From a virus (taxonomy: Duplodnaviria; Caudoviricetes): DNA of 38,925 nt. Both the position numbers and the translations under genes were made by a program. The DNA lies in IMG/VR virus record IMGVR_UViG_3300005512_000105, positions 1-38,925 of that record. One strand, given 5' to 3'. Each line of letters begins with the position of its first letter. Position 1 is the first letter of the stretch. Shown one piece after another: positions 19,901-27,271 of the stretch. The notes under the pieces were generated by a model. That model was given only the letters and a program-made list of their open reading frames with translations, was not told the origin of the DNA and made no database searches.

Positions 19901-20361
19901 GGACTGCAAATAATGTTATTTGGGACGGGGATGCGGATTTGCTCGGCGGTCAAGCAGGTTCCTACTACCTCGACCTCGCCAACAGCACCGGCGACACAGA
20001 CGACATTTCTGAGGGGCTGACGAATCTCTTTTACACCGACGCCAGAGCAAGGGCAGCACTCAGCAGCGAAGCAAGCGCGGAGATTGCTTACAACAACACA
20101 TCCGGGGTGATTGGCCTTGGAACCGAAGCGGGAAGGGTGAAATCGTCAACGATTGGAGACGGTGCGAGCACTTCTTTAACTTTTTCTCACAATTTAGGCA
20201 CAAGGGATGTTATAGTGCAAGTGTTCCGGACTGGGACGCCTTACGACACAATCCTTGTTGACGTGGCGAGAAACACGACAAATCAAGTCACAATTGGCCC
20301 GTTCACAACTGCACCAACTAGCGGAGAATTCACCGTTGTTTGCACGGCGGCTAATGGGTAA
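16969..20361 (+). CDS. long tail fibre / receptor-binding protein (1130 aa)
   Basis: HAATKAYVD, WKDSCRVATTANITLSGTQTIDGV..DRVLVKDQT..QNGIY, NADLLDG and GNVGIG repeats. Gly/Ser/Thr-rich. Confidence 0.9.
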   Translation: MKQLSNLDFLKAAKILNVLVDPVASDDTGLGIGQLWFNTTSNFFKGYDGTNKFSLLRDDLAATITGVLTFNPSSGTVPFAVNGTHTSVVTNLNADRVDGYHAAEAATASTLGARDASGNLTVATPTSDGHAATKAYVDSIAAGQDWKDSCRVATTANITLSGTQTIDGVAVVADDRVLVKDQTTASQNGIYVCAAGAWSRASDADADAEVTSGLTTFVEEGTLNSGAGYTLTTSGAIVVGTTSLTFTKTSGGSVYGAGNGVVKSGTTFHFGQSASYTVGALPYASGASTIGFISAVASGKVLKSNGENTVPLWASLDLTADVGSSILHVANGGTGTSTQFTSGSVVLAGASGVYTEDNAGISFDTSTDRLTVGLITISNIPDSGTGNEVVVSESGALKTQTINAGAWTGDTIWTSGNDGPSSGLNADLLDGQEGSYYTTASNIGGLGANRLLLSTSGGAITSSSSFTYSGSRVGLGGAISTVAGLQVFSVNDPVDVNSSTYEIGIVARARECYDIATGVTDSGYRMGMNVAAHVTDADFDGTLASQYGIYLQHGIYSNAQAGATITNSYGVFIDSYTLAGTTITNLWGLYQANSAAKNYFAGNVGIGSATSPSCALDILQTSDVVTGGTTPVAIRIGATNQDAGANTWNTAADFVQLQLHSSDASGEGAGNRWTVGVSMGDAAGSYSKFNIRDISGTSRLTIDSLNGNVGIGTTDIESWGAGYKALEFYRSSLMWATGSEYTAWSSNAYFDGAWKYKSEERASQIIQNDGSIDLRVAVSDAEDGAISWIAGLLLHNTGNISINHGTSYCPLSVRSFSNESSEILAAFQEATPGGGVKIGLASGAGYLQGDKTGGAVGFYIGANEASYFNGGNLGIGESIPTARLHVYAAEGVVSKFYGGNTDGVRLSTFVADSAGYAAIYAYDDNDGVTPGYATLRLGNNAGLGVYIDGVTGYMTINALATGTGDSILTEESGVIKKRTANNVIWDGDADLLGGQAGSYYLDLANSTGDTDDISEGLTNLFYTDARARAALSSEASAEIAYNNTSGVIGLGTEAGRVKSSTIGDGASTSLTFSHNLGTRDVIVQVFRTGTPYDTILVDVARNTTNQVTIGPFTTAPTSGEFTVVCTAANG

Positions 20362-20366
20362 TTAAT

Positions 20367-21464
20367 ATGGACGTTCTTTCAGCATTAAACGACATTTACA
20401 CGGAAGCTGAGGTTGATTCCCTTTTAAGCGGTAAAGCCTCATCTAGCCATACGCACACGTTGTCCGACGTGACCGACGCAGGGACAGCGGCAGCACTCAA
20501 CGTTCCCGCATCCGGCAATGCTGCCGTCGGTGAGGTCGTCAAAGGGAACGACACGCGATTGACCGACGCACGGACGCCATCTAGCCATACGCACACGTTG
20601 TCCGACGTGACCGACGCAGGGACAGCGGCAGCACTCAACGTTCCCGCATCCGGCAATGCTGCCGTCGGTGAGGTCGTCAAAGGGAACGACACGCGATTGA
20701 GCGATGCACGAACGCCAACAAGTCATTCACACACGTTGTCTGATGTGACCGACGCAGGGACAGCGGCAGCACTCAACGTTCCGGCATCCGGCAATGCTGC
20801 CGTCGGTGAGGTCGTCAAAGGGAGCGACACGCGATTGAGCGATGCACGAACGCCAACAAGTCATTCACACACGTTGTCTGATGTGACCGACGCAGGGACA
20901 GCGGCAGCACTCAACGTTCCCGTATCTGGCAATGCTGCATCGGGTGAAGTCGTCAAAGGGAGCGACACGCGATTGAGCGATGCACGAACGCCAACAAGTC
21001 ATTCACACACGTTGTCTGATGTGACCGACGCAGGGACAGCGGCAGCACTCAACGTTCCCGTATCTGGCAATGCTGCATCGGGTGAAGTCGTCAAAGGGAA
21101 CGACACGCGATTGAGCGATGCACGGACGCCAACAAGTCATTCACACAATGAGTTTGTTCCGATTGGTGGGGTTATCTTTTACCATTCTGGAATCAGCGGG
21201 GCGAGTTATCCAAGCGGAACGTTTGCACGGTGCGATGGGACAAGCGGAACCCCTGATCTAGACGACAAGTTCCTGCTTCCATCCAGTTCGGCTGGGAGCA
21301 CAGGCGGGAGCAGCACTCACACTCACACACCTTCGTTCTCGTCGGTCAACGTGACACCATGCGGGGGAGGCGGAACAGATGCGGCACAGGTTGACATAAC
21401 GATAGGATCAACCAATCACTTGCCGCCATACTACACATTGATCACCTTGGCTCGTATCGCGTGA
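20367..21464 (+). CDS. tail fibre with five 46-aa HxH repeats and a tail-collar-like C-terminus
   Basis: YTEAEVDSLLSGKA.SSHTH start, repeats, then VPIGGVIFY..CDGTSGTPDL.DKF...GSTGGS.THTH...NHLPPYY. Confidence 0.88.
   Translation: MDVLSALNDIYTEAEVDSLLSGKASSSHTHTLSDVTDAGTAAALNVPASGNAAVGEVVKGNDTRLTDARTPSSHTHTLSDVTDAGTAAALNVPASGNAAVGEVVKGNDTRLSDARTPTSHSHTLSDVTDAGTAAALNVPASGNAAVGEVVKGSDTRLSDARTPTSHSHTLSDVTDAGTAAALNVPVSGNAASGEVVKGSDTRLSDARTPTSHSHTLSDVTDAGTAAALNVPVSGNAASGEVVKGNDTRLSDARTPTSHSHNEFVPIGGVIFYHSGISGASYPSGTFARCDGTSGTPDLDDKFLLPSSSAGSTGGSSTHTHTPSFSSVNVTPCGGGGTDAAQVDITIGSTNHLPPYYTLITLARIA
20440..21147 (+). repeat. 138-bp tandem repeat, about 5.1 near-identical copies
   Basis: CATCTAGCCATACGCACACG recurs at 20440 and 20578 (period 138). 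Later copies begin ACAAGTCATTCACAC. Confidence 0.97.
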
Positions 21465-22150
21465 AAACGATGCTAATCATTCCGACTGCTGGCGACGTTC
21501 GCACAGAGACGATCGAAGCTGCAAAAATGATCGGGGCGGATCGGTCGCTGATCCAGGTCAGCAAGCCGATCCATGAAAGTGAGAATCATTTTGTCAGGCT
21601 ATACAAAAACGCAACGCATACGCGGAATGAGGCCAGGGATTTTGCTTTAAAATCGGATTGTAGTCATTTCCTTTGGATTGATTCCGACGTTGTTCCGCCT
21701 CCCAACACCATCGAGCAGCTTGCTAAAATGCAAAGTGAAGTTGCCGGCGGGTGGTATCCGGTGCGAGACGGCAAAAAGATTATCGATGGGCGATGGGTGG
21801 CTGGCACATTCAACGAACAGGGTGAATTCACCAACTATCATTTCCCGTGGGTGATCAAAGATGGCGATCCTGACACGCATCCTTTTGGTGATCGCTGTCT
21901 TGACTTGAAAAACATGACTTACAAATACAAGCCCACAATAAGTCACCTTGCGCCGTTGGGGTGTTTGCTCATGTCACGCGAGGTTTTAGAGCTTCTAGAA
22001 TTTCAGGCCGGGACGGATTTGCCTGTGACGCTGGCGGGATTCGGGGTTGAAACGATGCGCGGGGATTGTCTGCAATTTGGGCTTCAACTCCAAGACATAG
22101 GCGTGACCACACATATGAGCCCAAGGGTTTTGTGTAGGCATTTGCCATGA
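21461..22150 (+). CDS. GT-A fold (GT2-like) glycosyltransferase
   Basis: LIIPT first strand, RNEARDFAL, DxD motif FLWIDSDVV, LGCLLMSREVL, C-terminal CRH. GTGA overlap with the fibre gene. Confidence 0.8.
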   Translation: MKTMLIIPTAGDVRTETIEAAKMIGADRSLIQVSKPIHESENHFVRLYKNATHTRNEARDFALKSDCSHFLWIDSDVVPPPNTIEQLAKMQSEVAGGWYPVRDGKKIIDGRWVAGTFNEQGEFTNYHFPWVIKDGDPDTHPFGDRCLDLKNMTYKYKPTISHLAPLGCLLMSREVLELLEFQAGTDLPVTLAGFGVETMRGDCLQFGLQLQDIGVTTHMSPRVLCRHLP

Positions 22151-22181
22151 AATTTCCCCTAAAAAACGGGAACACAAAAAA

Positions 22182-22649
22182 ATGAAAACAATAAAACTAA
22201 ACATAAGCCAAGCAACCGCGTTAAGCGGAGCAATTCAACAACTCAGTGAGAAGGGCGACGATAAAAAGCCGGTGTATTCACTGCCATTCAAATTCGCATA
22301 TGCACTAGGCCGAACGTTGACCAAACTCCAAGAGGCTCTGAAGCCTATCCAGGAAGCCAATCAAGAGATTTTTGATGGGTGGGACGAGGAAAACAGAAAG
22401 CACCAGGCACGCATCAAGTCAGCGACGGGTGACGCCAAGGACAAGGCGATTGCGGCGCACAGTAAAGCATTTAAGGTGAGGAACGACAAATGGAAGGCTG
22501 TTGCAAGCGGGGAGATTGAGGTGGAGATTTATGAGCTTCCGAAATTAACCGAGGATGAGCGCGACGAAATTATTGCGGCCAAACTTACGCCTTCGATCCT
22601 ATCAGACCTTGACCCGCTAGGGCTGGACCTTTTTGACGAGGCAGCGTAA
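22182..22649 (+). CDS. hypothetical helical protein, last gene of the late operon (possible fibre chaperone)
   Basis: 155-aa ORF with LPFKFAYALGR..KL and EIEVEI. Function guessed from position. Confidence 0.65.
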   Translation: MKTIKLNISQATALSGAIQQLSEKGDDKKPVYSLPFKFAYALGRTLTKLQEALKPIQEANQEIFDGWDEENRKHQARIKSATGDAKDKAIAAHSKAFKVRNDKWKAVASGEIEVEIYELPKLTEDERDEIIAAKLTPSILSDLDPLGLDLFDEAA

Positions 22650-22676
22650 ACACGCTTCCTGACAGTCAGAACAGGG

Positions 22677-22709
22677 CGCGGCATCCTTCGGGGTGTCGCG
22701 TTTTTTCTT
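22677..22709 (+). terminator. intrinsic terminator closing the structural operon
   Basis: Stem CGCGGCATCC / GGGTGTCGCG with a TTCG tetraloop, followed by TTTTTTCTT. Confidence 0.9.
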
Positions 22710-22761
22710 GCCCATGCTTGCCCGGCTTTAAAAAAATAATCAAAAAACTTTTTGAAATGTG

Positions 22762-22790
22762 TTGACAGAACAATTGAATGAGTCGATACT
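22762..22790 (+). promoter_or_regulatory. sigma70-type early promoter P1
   Basis: TTGACA (22762-67), 17 bp, GATACT (22785-90). A/T tracts upstream resemble an UP element. Confidence 0.85.
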
Positions 22791-22796
22791 GCGCAC

Positions 22797-23309
22797 ATGA
22801 CAGTAAGCGACCCGTTTAAATACGAAGGACAGGACACCCCAACAATTAAGTCAGGCGCATCGCCTGAATTTGGGGCTTTATTGGCCCCAGACTTGGCAGT
22901 AGGGGGGCGGTTGGCCAAGTATGCCACAGCCATCGAAGGTATGCGGTGGAAGATTGACCCAAACCCTAACTGGCATTGGGCTTGGTTAGGGGCAATTGAG
23001 GGTGTATTGTCAGACGCTTGCCTTGTCGCCATGCAGTCTGGTGACATGACAAAGGCCAAGGAAATCGCCGAGCTTGGCAATGAATTTCTGGTCCAATTTG
23101 GATACGGGACAATTGGGAAGGCAGCGGGGCAAAAAGTCTCCCGTGCCATTCTCCGAGCATTCGCAGGAGAAAAACGTCACACGGTCAAATATGCTGACCG
23201 TGACGGGTGCATGGCAACGTCAACTCTTGACACACCAGAGTGGACTGAATGCCAACAAAAAGCCGAAGCAACCATGTGCAACATTAAAAAAGGATTGGAC
23301 GAAAAATGA
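22797..23309 (+). CDS. hypothetical early protein (170 aa)
   Basis: ORF directly after P1. ATGA overlap with the next gene. Confidence 0.7.
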   Translation: MTVSDPFKYEGQDTPTIKSGASPEFGALLAPDLAVGGRLAKYATAIEGMRWKIDPNPNWHWAWLGAIEGVLSDACLVAMQSGDMTKAKEIAELGNEFLVQFGYGTIGKAAGQKVSRAILRAFAGEKRHTVKYADRDGCMATSTLDTPEWTECQQKAEATMCNIKKGLDEK

Positions 23310-23617
23310 AAATCATAAACAAAACACCCCATCCAGTGAATGTTATCACTGTTAACGGAACCATCACGTTCCAAAAATCTGACGACCCGATTCGGTTATC
23401 GTCGGACGAAACTCAGACAGGAACCGTTAATGCAATCCCTGTTTTCTCGGTTGAATACGGCTCAGGAAATATGCCGGAGCCGAAAAACGGTGTTGCTTAC
23501 ATTGTAAGCGCACTCGTTAAAAACGCATACCCAGAAAGACCTGACCTTTTGATCCCTCACGGCCTCGTAAGGGATGCTGAAGGAAACATTACTGGATGCA
23601 AAGGGCTCGCCAAGTAA
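23306..23617 (+). CDS. hypothetical phage protein (N.TPH-type)
   Basis: MKIINKTPHPV...YIVSALV...RPDLLIP...VRD.EG.I.GC.GL resembles a recurring phage family of unknown function. Coupled on both sides. Confidence 0.8.
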   Translation: MKIINKTPHPVNVITVNGTITFQKSDDPIRLSSDETQTGTVNAIPVFSVEYGSGNMPEPKNGVAYIVSALVKNAYPERPDLLIPHGLVRDAEGNITGCKGLAK

Positions 23618-23799
23618 TGCCAGCACCAAAGAAGAACAGAAACGCCGTCAAGCCTGAAGGTGAAAAAGCATCCACTTGGTTGCACGTGAGAGTCATCCTC
23701 AAGGACAAGCAGTCGTGGCAAAAAGAGGCTCGGGCTCTAAAAATAACGATGTCAAGCGTTGTCGTGGACCTTCTTAATCGTTGGTCAGGGAATAAATAG
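23617..23799 (+). CDS. ribbon-helix-helix-like DNA-binding protein (60 aa)
   Basis: Start reassigned to ATG 23617 (TAATG overlap). Strand WLHVRV, helix, then ITMSSVVVDLL. Confidence 0.7.
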   Translation: MPAPKKNRNAVKPEGEKASTWLHVRVILKDKQSWQKEARALKITMSSVVVDLLNRWSGNK

Positions 23800-23811
23800 C
23801 GTTAATACAAT

Positions 23812-23839
23812 TTGACATTCAAGAAAACAACAGTAAGAT
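23812..23839 (+). promoter_or_regulatory. sigma70-type promoter P2
   Basis: TTGACA (23812-17), 16 bp, TAAGAT (23834-39), in an AT-rich intergenic gap. Confidence 0.7.
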
Positions 23840-23848
23840 AAAAAACAA

Positions 23849-24112
23849 ATGAGCTTCACAAAATCAATCACAATTATTGGGGAAGGGCATTATGGTTCGA
23901 TGAGAACGGAACCAATCCTGGGCGATCCATATGCATTCATGGATCACACCCCAATTTACCAAGAGCCCATTGCCGACGGCAAAATCCGTCGAGCAATGAG
24001 CCGCAAGAATCAAGAATTTGTCCGATCCATTGAACGGGACGTTGCTGCTGGGACATTTAACCCAAAGGCAATACTGGAAAGACTTTCGAGCAGGCGGCAA
24101 AAATCCGCATGA
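23849..24112 (+). CDS. hypothetical protein (87 aa)
   Basis: ORF directly after P2. Confidence 0.65.
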   Translation: MSFTKSITIIGEGHYGSMRTEPILGDPYAFMDHTPIYQEPIADGKIRRAMSRKNQEFVRSIERDVAAGTFNPKAILERLSSRRQKSA

Positions 24113-24196
24113 ATCCCGCCAGGAGTTCAACACACTGACCTCACAACATCCATCAAACCCTCGCCGCCTGCTTACTTTTAACCAAAACCAAAAAAA

Positions 24197-24646
24197 ATGA
24201 AAAACTACATGAAAACATTACTCGCAACACTAACAGCATCAATGATTCTGTTTGCCGGAACCTTTGCAATCCTTTCCGAACCAGAAGAAAAAACACTGCT
24301 CAAACCAGCTTATCAACTCGTCATTTCAGACACGTTCGAGGGCTACCAATACCAACCTGTGAGAGGGACAACCGTCATTTTCTACCTTGAGAAAGTGACC
24401 AACGAAGCCGGGAAAACAGAATGGCGCATACAGCAAATCGCCGGACCTTGGGGCAACTCTGGAGGTTTGGTTGATCCAAAGATCGCATTCAATAAGGCAT
24501 TCTCCAACGAATTCTTGATCGCCTTCCAGGAGGCAACCCGTGTTTCTCTCTGGCGTTCAGGGCTAACACCGAATTTCGAATGGACCGGGCGAACAATTGA
24601 CGTTCGGCAACACATCGGAAAGCAACCGCAAACATACAACAAATGA
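24197..24646 (+). CDS. hypothetical exported/membrane-anchored protein
   Basis: N-terminal MKTLLATLTASMILFAGTFAILS signal or anchor. A-rich leader. Confidence 0.7.
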   Translation: MKNYMKTLLATLTASMILFAGTFAILSEPEEKTLLKPAYQLVISDTFEGYQYQPVRGTTVIFYLEKVTNEAGKTEWRIQQIAGPWGNSGGLVDPKIAFNKAFSNEFLIAFQEATRVSLWRSGLTPNFEWTGRTIDVRQHIGKQPQTYNK

Positions 24647-24808
24647 AAGGTAATCAATGATTAAAAGCTAAAACCAAAAACTCTATTCATACGACGAAAC
24701 GCGGGGAGGGCAAACGACACTCCCCGCAACTTAAATAAGCAAATCAATAAAAAACGCGCCCAAGCACACAGGCGAGGACGCGCAACAATTAATCAAATCA
24801 TAAATAAT

Positions 24809-25720
24809 ATGTCACAGATACAACTTTACGACAAGCTCCAAAACCAAGACCCCATGAAAGCCGTTCAGACAATGGGCGCGATGCTGGCAAAGAGCGGCAT
24901 GTTCGGATGCCAGAGAGCCGAGCAAGGCGAAGTTCTCGCAATGGTGTGCATGACCGAGAACATGACGCCCGTGCAGGTCCGCAACAAGTATCACATTATC
25001 GACGGCAATCTTTCACGTAAATCAGGATCGGCGCTTGCAGAGTTCAAGCAGCGGGGCGGAAAGTATAAATGGATTCGAACCGGGCAAGAGCCGGATCAGA
25101 AAACGGAAACACGCGATGCAATTGGCGAGTTCACTCTCGACGGTGAAACGATCACGGTTCGCTTCTCAATGGAGGACGCCAACAACGCAGGATTGATCAG
25201 GCCCGGTTCTGCATGGCAAAAGCTGCCTTGGAAAATGCTACGCGCCCGCGTTGTTTCAGATGCGTTGGGAATGATTGCACCAGAAATTTACTTTGGCGAC
25301 GACATCGAAGAACAAGCACTGGAAGTTCGTGAAATCAAGCTTGGAACCGGTGAAGAACCAAAAGGAGGAAGCGTCGATTCGAAGGTGATTCCAATTGAGC
25401 GCGAGGAAAAGGAAACCGTATTTGAAGCGGAGATTGTCACCAAAGAAGAACCTAAGCCAGAAACCTTGCCAGCGCAGGAGCAAGAGCAGGAACCACAACC
25501 AGCGCAAGCATCGCCGGAAGGAGATGAATTGCCGGATGAGCTGGTTGTTGAGCTTCAAAAAGCAATCGGGGCGGATGCTAAGGTTGCAATGGCGTTCCTG
25601 TATCAAAAAGGATGGCTTGAGAAGGGGCAGAATCTTGAACACCTTGCGCCAGGTCGGGCGAAGAACATTATACGCAACTGCGACAAGTTCATTCAGAAAG
25701 CAAAAGAGGTGGTCGCATGA
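24809..25720 (+). CDS. RecT/Red-beta-like single-strand annealing protein
   Basis: HIIDG, FSMEDA..AGL....AWQKLP.KML.AR..S.A....PE...G, then an acidic linker and a C-terminal helical domain. Confidence 0.75.
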   Translation: MSQIQLYDKLQNQDPMKAVQTMGAMLAKSGMFGCQRAEQGEVLAMVCMTENMTPVQVRNKYHIIDGNLSRKSGSALAEFKQRGGKYKWIRTGQEPDQKTETRDAIGEFTLDGETITVRFSMEDANNAGLIRPGSAWQKLPWKMLRARVVSDALGMIAPEIYFGDDIEEQALEVREIKLGTGEEPKGGSVDSKVIPIEREEKETVFEAEIVTKEEPKPETLPAQEQEQEPQPAQASPEGDELPDELVVELQKAIGADAKVAMAFLYQKGWLEKGQNLEHLAPGRAKNIIRNCDKFIQKAKEVVA

Positions 25721-26370
25721 ATCTCACAACAACTCTGAACATCATACGCGAACATTCACCTTGTGAGGATTCATGGCAAAAAGCCTTAAAGCTACTAGGG
25801 AAAACCAAAGCTGATGATGAACCATTAAGCTTTGAATGGATACTCAGTAACCTTGGCATCAATGACGCGATTTGGGGGCTTCGCGCAGTATCTAAAAAGG
25901 ATGAAGCCGCGCGTGATAAGCTTGCAAGATTGTTTGCGTGCGACTGCGCCGAGCGCGTTTTGAAGGCATGGGACAAACTTTACCCTGCTGACAAACGTCC
26001 AGAACAAGCGATTTGTATCGCTCGCAGGTTTGCAAACGGTGAAGTTGGCGCATATTCCAAGAGAGCCGCAGCGAGTGCCGCATTGAGAGCCGCAGAGAGT
26101 GCCGCAGAGAGTGCCGCATGGAGTGCCGCAGAGAGTGCCGCATTGAGTGCCGCAGAGAGTGCCGCAGAGAGTGCCGCATGGAGTGCCGCAGAGAATGCCG
26201 CATTGAGTGCCGCAGAGAGTGCCGCAGAGAGTGCCGCATGGAGTGCCGCAGAGAGTGCCGCATGGAATGCCGCATGGAGTGCTGCATGGAATGCCGCATG
26301 GAGTGCTGAAGCAGAAGAACAAACCAAACTTTTCAAGAAATATTTTTGCACTGCGGAGGTGGTCGCATGA
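25717..26370 (+). CDS. helical hypothetical protein with Ala-rich AAES/AAWS repeats (Imm5-like motif)
   Basis: RLFACDCAERVL...DKRP..AI..ARRFANGE followed by a low-complexity tract. ATGA overlaps on both sides. Confidence 0.75.
   Translation: MNLTTTLNIIREHSPCEDSWQKALKLLGKTKADDEPLSFEWILSNLGINDAIWGLRAVSKKDEAARDKLARLFACDCAERVLKAWDKLYPADKRPEQAICIARRFANGEVGAYSKRAAASAALRAAESAAESAAWSAAESAALSAAESAAESAAWSAAENAALSAAESAAESAAWSAAESAAWNAAWSAAWNAAWSAEAEEQTKLFKKYFCTAEVVA
26064..26307 (+). repeat. 12-bp tandem repeat (GAGTGCCGCANN, about 20 units) with 60-bp higher-order period
   Basis: GCCGCAGAGAGTGCCGCATGGAGTGCCGCAGAGA starts at 26101, 26161 and 26221. Confidence 0.95.
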
Positions 26371-27071
26371 AAGACGCACTGGAACTAATCAACTTTGCTG
26401 GCGCTTCCGTGGCTGTCCATGATTCGGCAGAAAAACGCAAACAAGCGGCTCTGATGCTGGCGGAGGATGTAATTGAAGTTGCGGACGAATTTGACAATGA
26501 ATGTGCGGTCATTGCATTTCTGGAAATCAAAAAATTGATGGATGACGTTGAGAAGTGCAGGAAGACAGTCAAAGCACCTGTTTTGCAGCTTGGGGAATCA
26601 ATCGACGAAGCCGCAAAACAATTCGGAATCACGTTAGCGGAGGAAGGCAGGCGCATCGGAAAGCTGATTAACGCATATGCCGACCAACAGCGCCGGATCG
26701 CATTTGAAGCCGAACGCCAGCGACGCGAAGAACAACAACGCTTGGAACGCGAGCGCCAAGAAGCGGCGGAAAAGCTGAACCAAGCCGAAACCGTCGAGGA
26801 AAAGCAGGAAGCTCAGGCGACCGTTAAGGAAGCCGTCAAAGCGGAAGCAGACATCAAATCCGCTGTTGTGAAGCCGATGAAACCGAAAGGCGTGACCGTT
26901 CGTGTCGTCAAGGATTTTAAGATTCTGGACATTGAAGCTTTACACAAAGCACGCCCGGACCTCGTTCACGTCATGCCACAACGAAGCAAAATTCTTGAGG
27001 CAATCAAAAGGACGGATTCAATTCCTGGGCTCGAAATCTTCGAAGAAACCAAAACCAGCATCCGAAAATGA
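26367..27071 (+). CDS. coiled-coil hypothetical protein
   Basis: Start reassigned to ATG 26367 (GGAGG SD, ATGA overlap). E/Q/R-rich coiled coil, C-terminal IPGLEIFEE. Confidence 0.8.
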   Translation: MKDALELINFAGASVAVHDSAEKRKQAALMLAEDVIEVADEFDNECAVIAFLEIKKLMDDVEKCRKTVKAPVLQLGESIDEAAKQFGITLAEEGRRIGKLINAYADQQRRIAFEAERQRREEQQRLERERQEAAEKLNQAETVEEKQEAQATVKEAVKAEADIKSAVVKPMKPKGVTVRVVKDFKILDIEALHKARPDLVHVMPQRSKILEAIKRTDSIPGLEIFEETKTSIRK

Positions 27072-27271
27072 AAACAGTTTTTATCATTAAAAGAGCACGC
27101 AGAAGCGGCGGATCGTTCACTTCATGGGGGACTTGTCACACTGCCATTGTTGCAGGCGAAAACAAGACTGGCGTTTTCACGCGAGCAACCGGGGAGAACA
27201 ACAAGCATCAAAAGCTGGAAGAATGGCATCCATTCAACGGCACATGCTGCAAGGTGGTGAAACGTGATTAG
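27068..27271 (+). CDS. hypothetical protein (67 aa)
   Basis: ATGA-coupled ORF that fills the gap between its neighbours. Confidence 0.6.
   Translation: MKTVFIIKRARRSGGSFTSWGTCHTAIVAGENKTGVFTRATGENNKHQKLEEWHPFNGTCCKVVKRD

Noticed and set aside
20440-21147. DGR template/variable repeat pair
   Set aside because: No reverse transcriptase is present, differences are not adenine-specific, and the copies are tandem and in frame.
24701-24783. c-di-GMP-I riboswitch suggested by GGGCAAAC
   Set aside because: The following GAAA-tetraloop stem and second conserved stem are absent.
22650-24808. Lysogeny module (integrase, CI/Cro, attP)
   Set aside because: No recombinase motifs and no divergent repressor pair. 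Both promoters face the same way.
26064-26307. Possible CRISPR array given the nearby Cas4-like gene
   Set aside because: Contiguous tandem units with no unique spacers, inside a CDS. Solo Cas4-like nucleases are common in phage recombination modules.
25825-26422. Alternative-frame ORFs with striking repeats (CGTL, MRHS, ECRR, PQRV, AALS)
   Set aside because: The 12-bp repeat has no stops in any frame. Only the AAES frame has an SD, coupling and a folded N-terminal domain.
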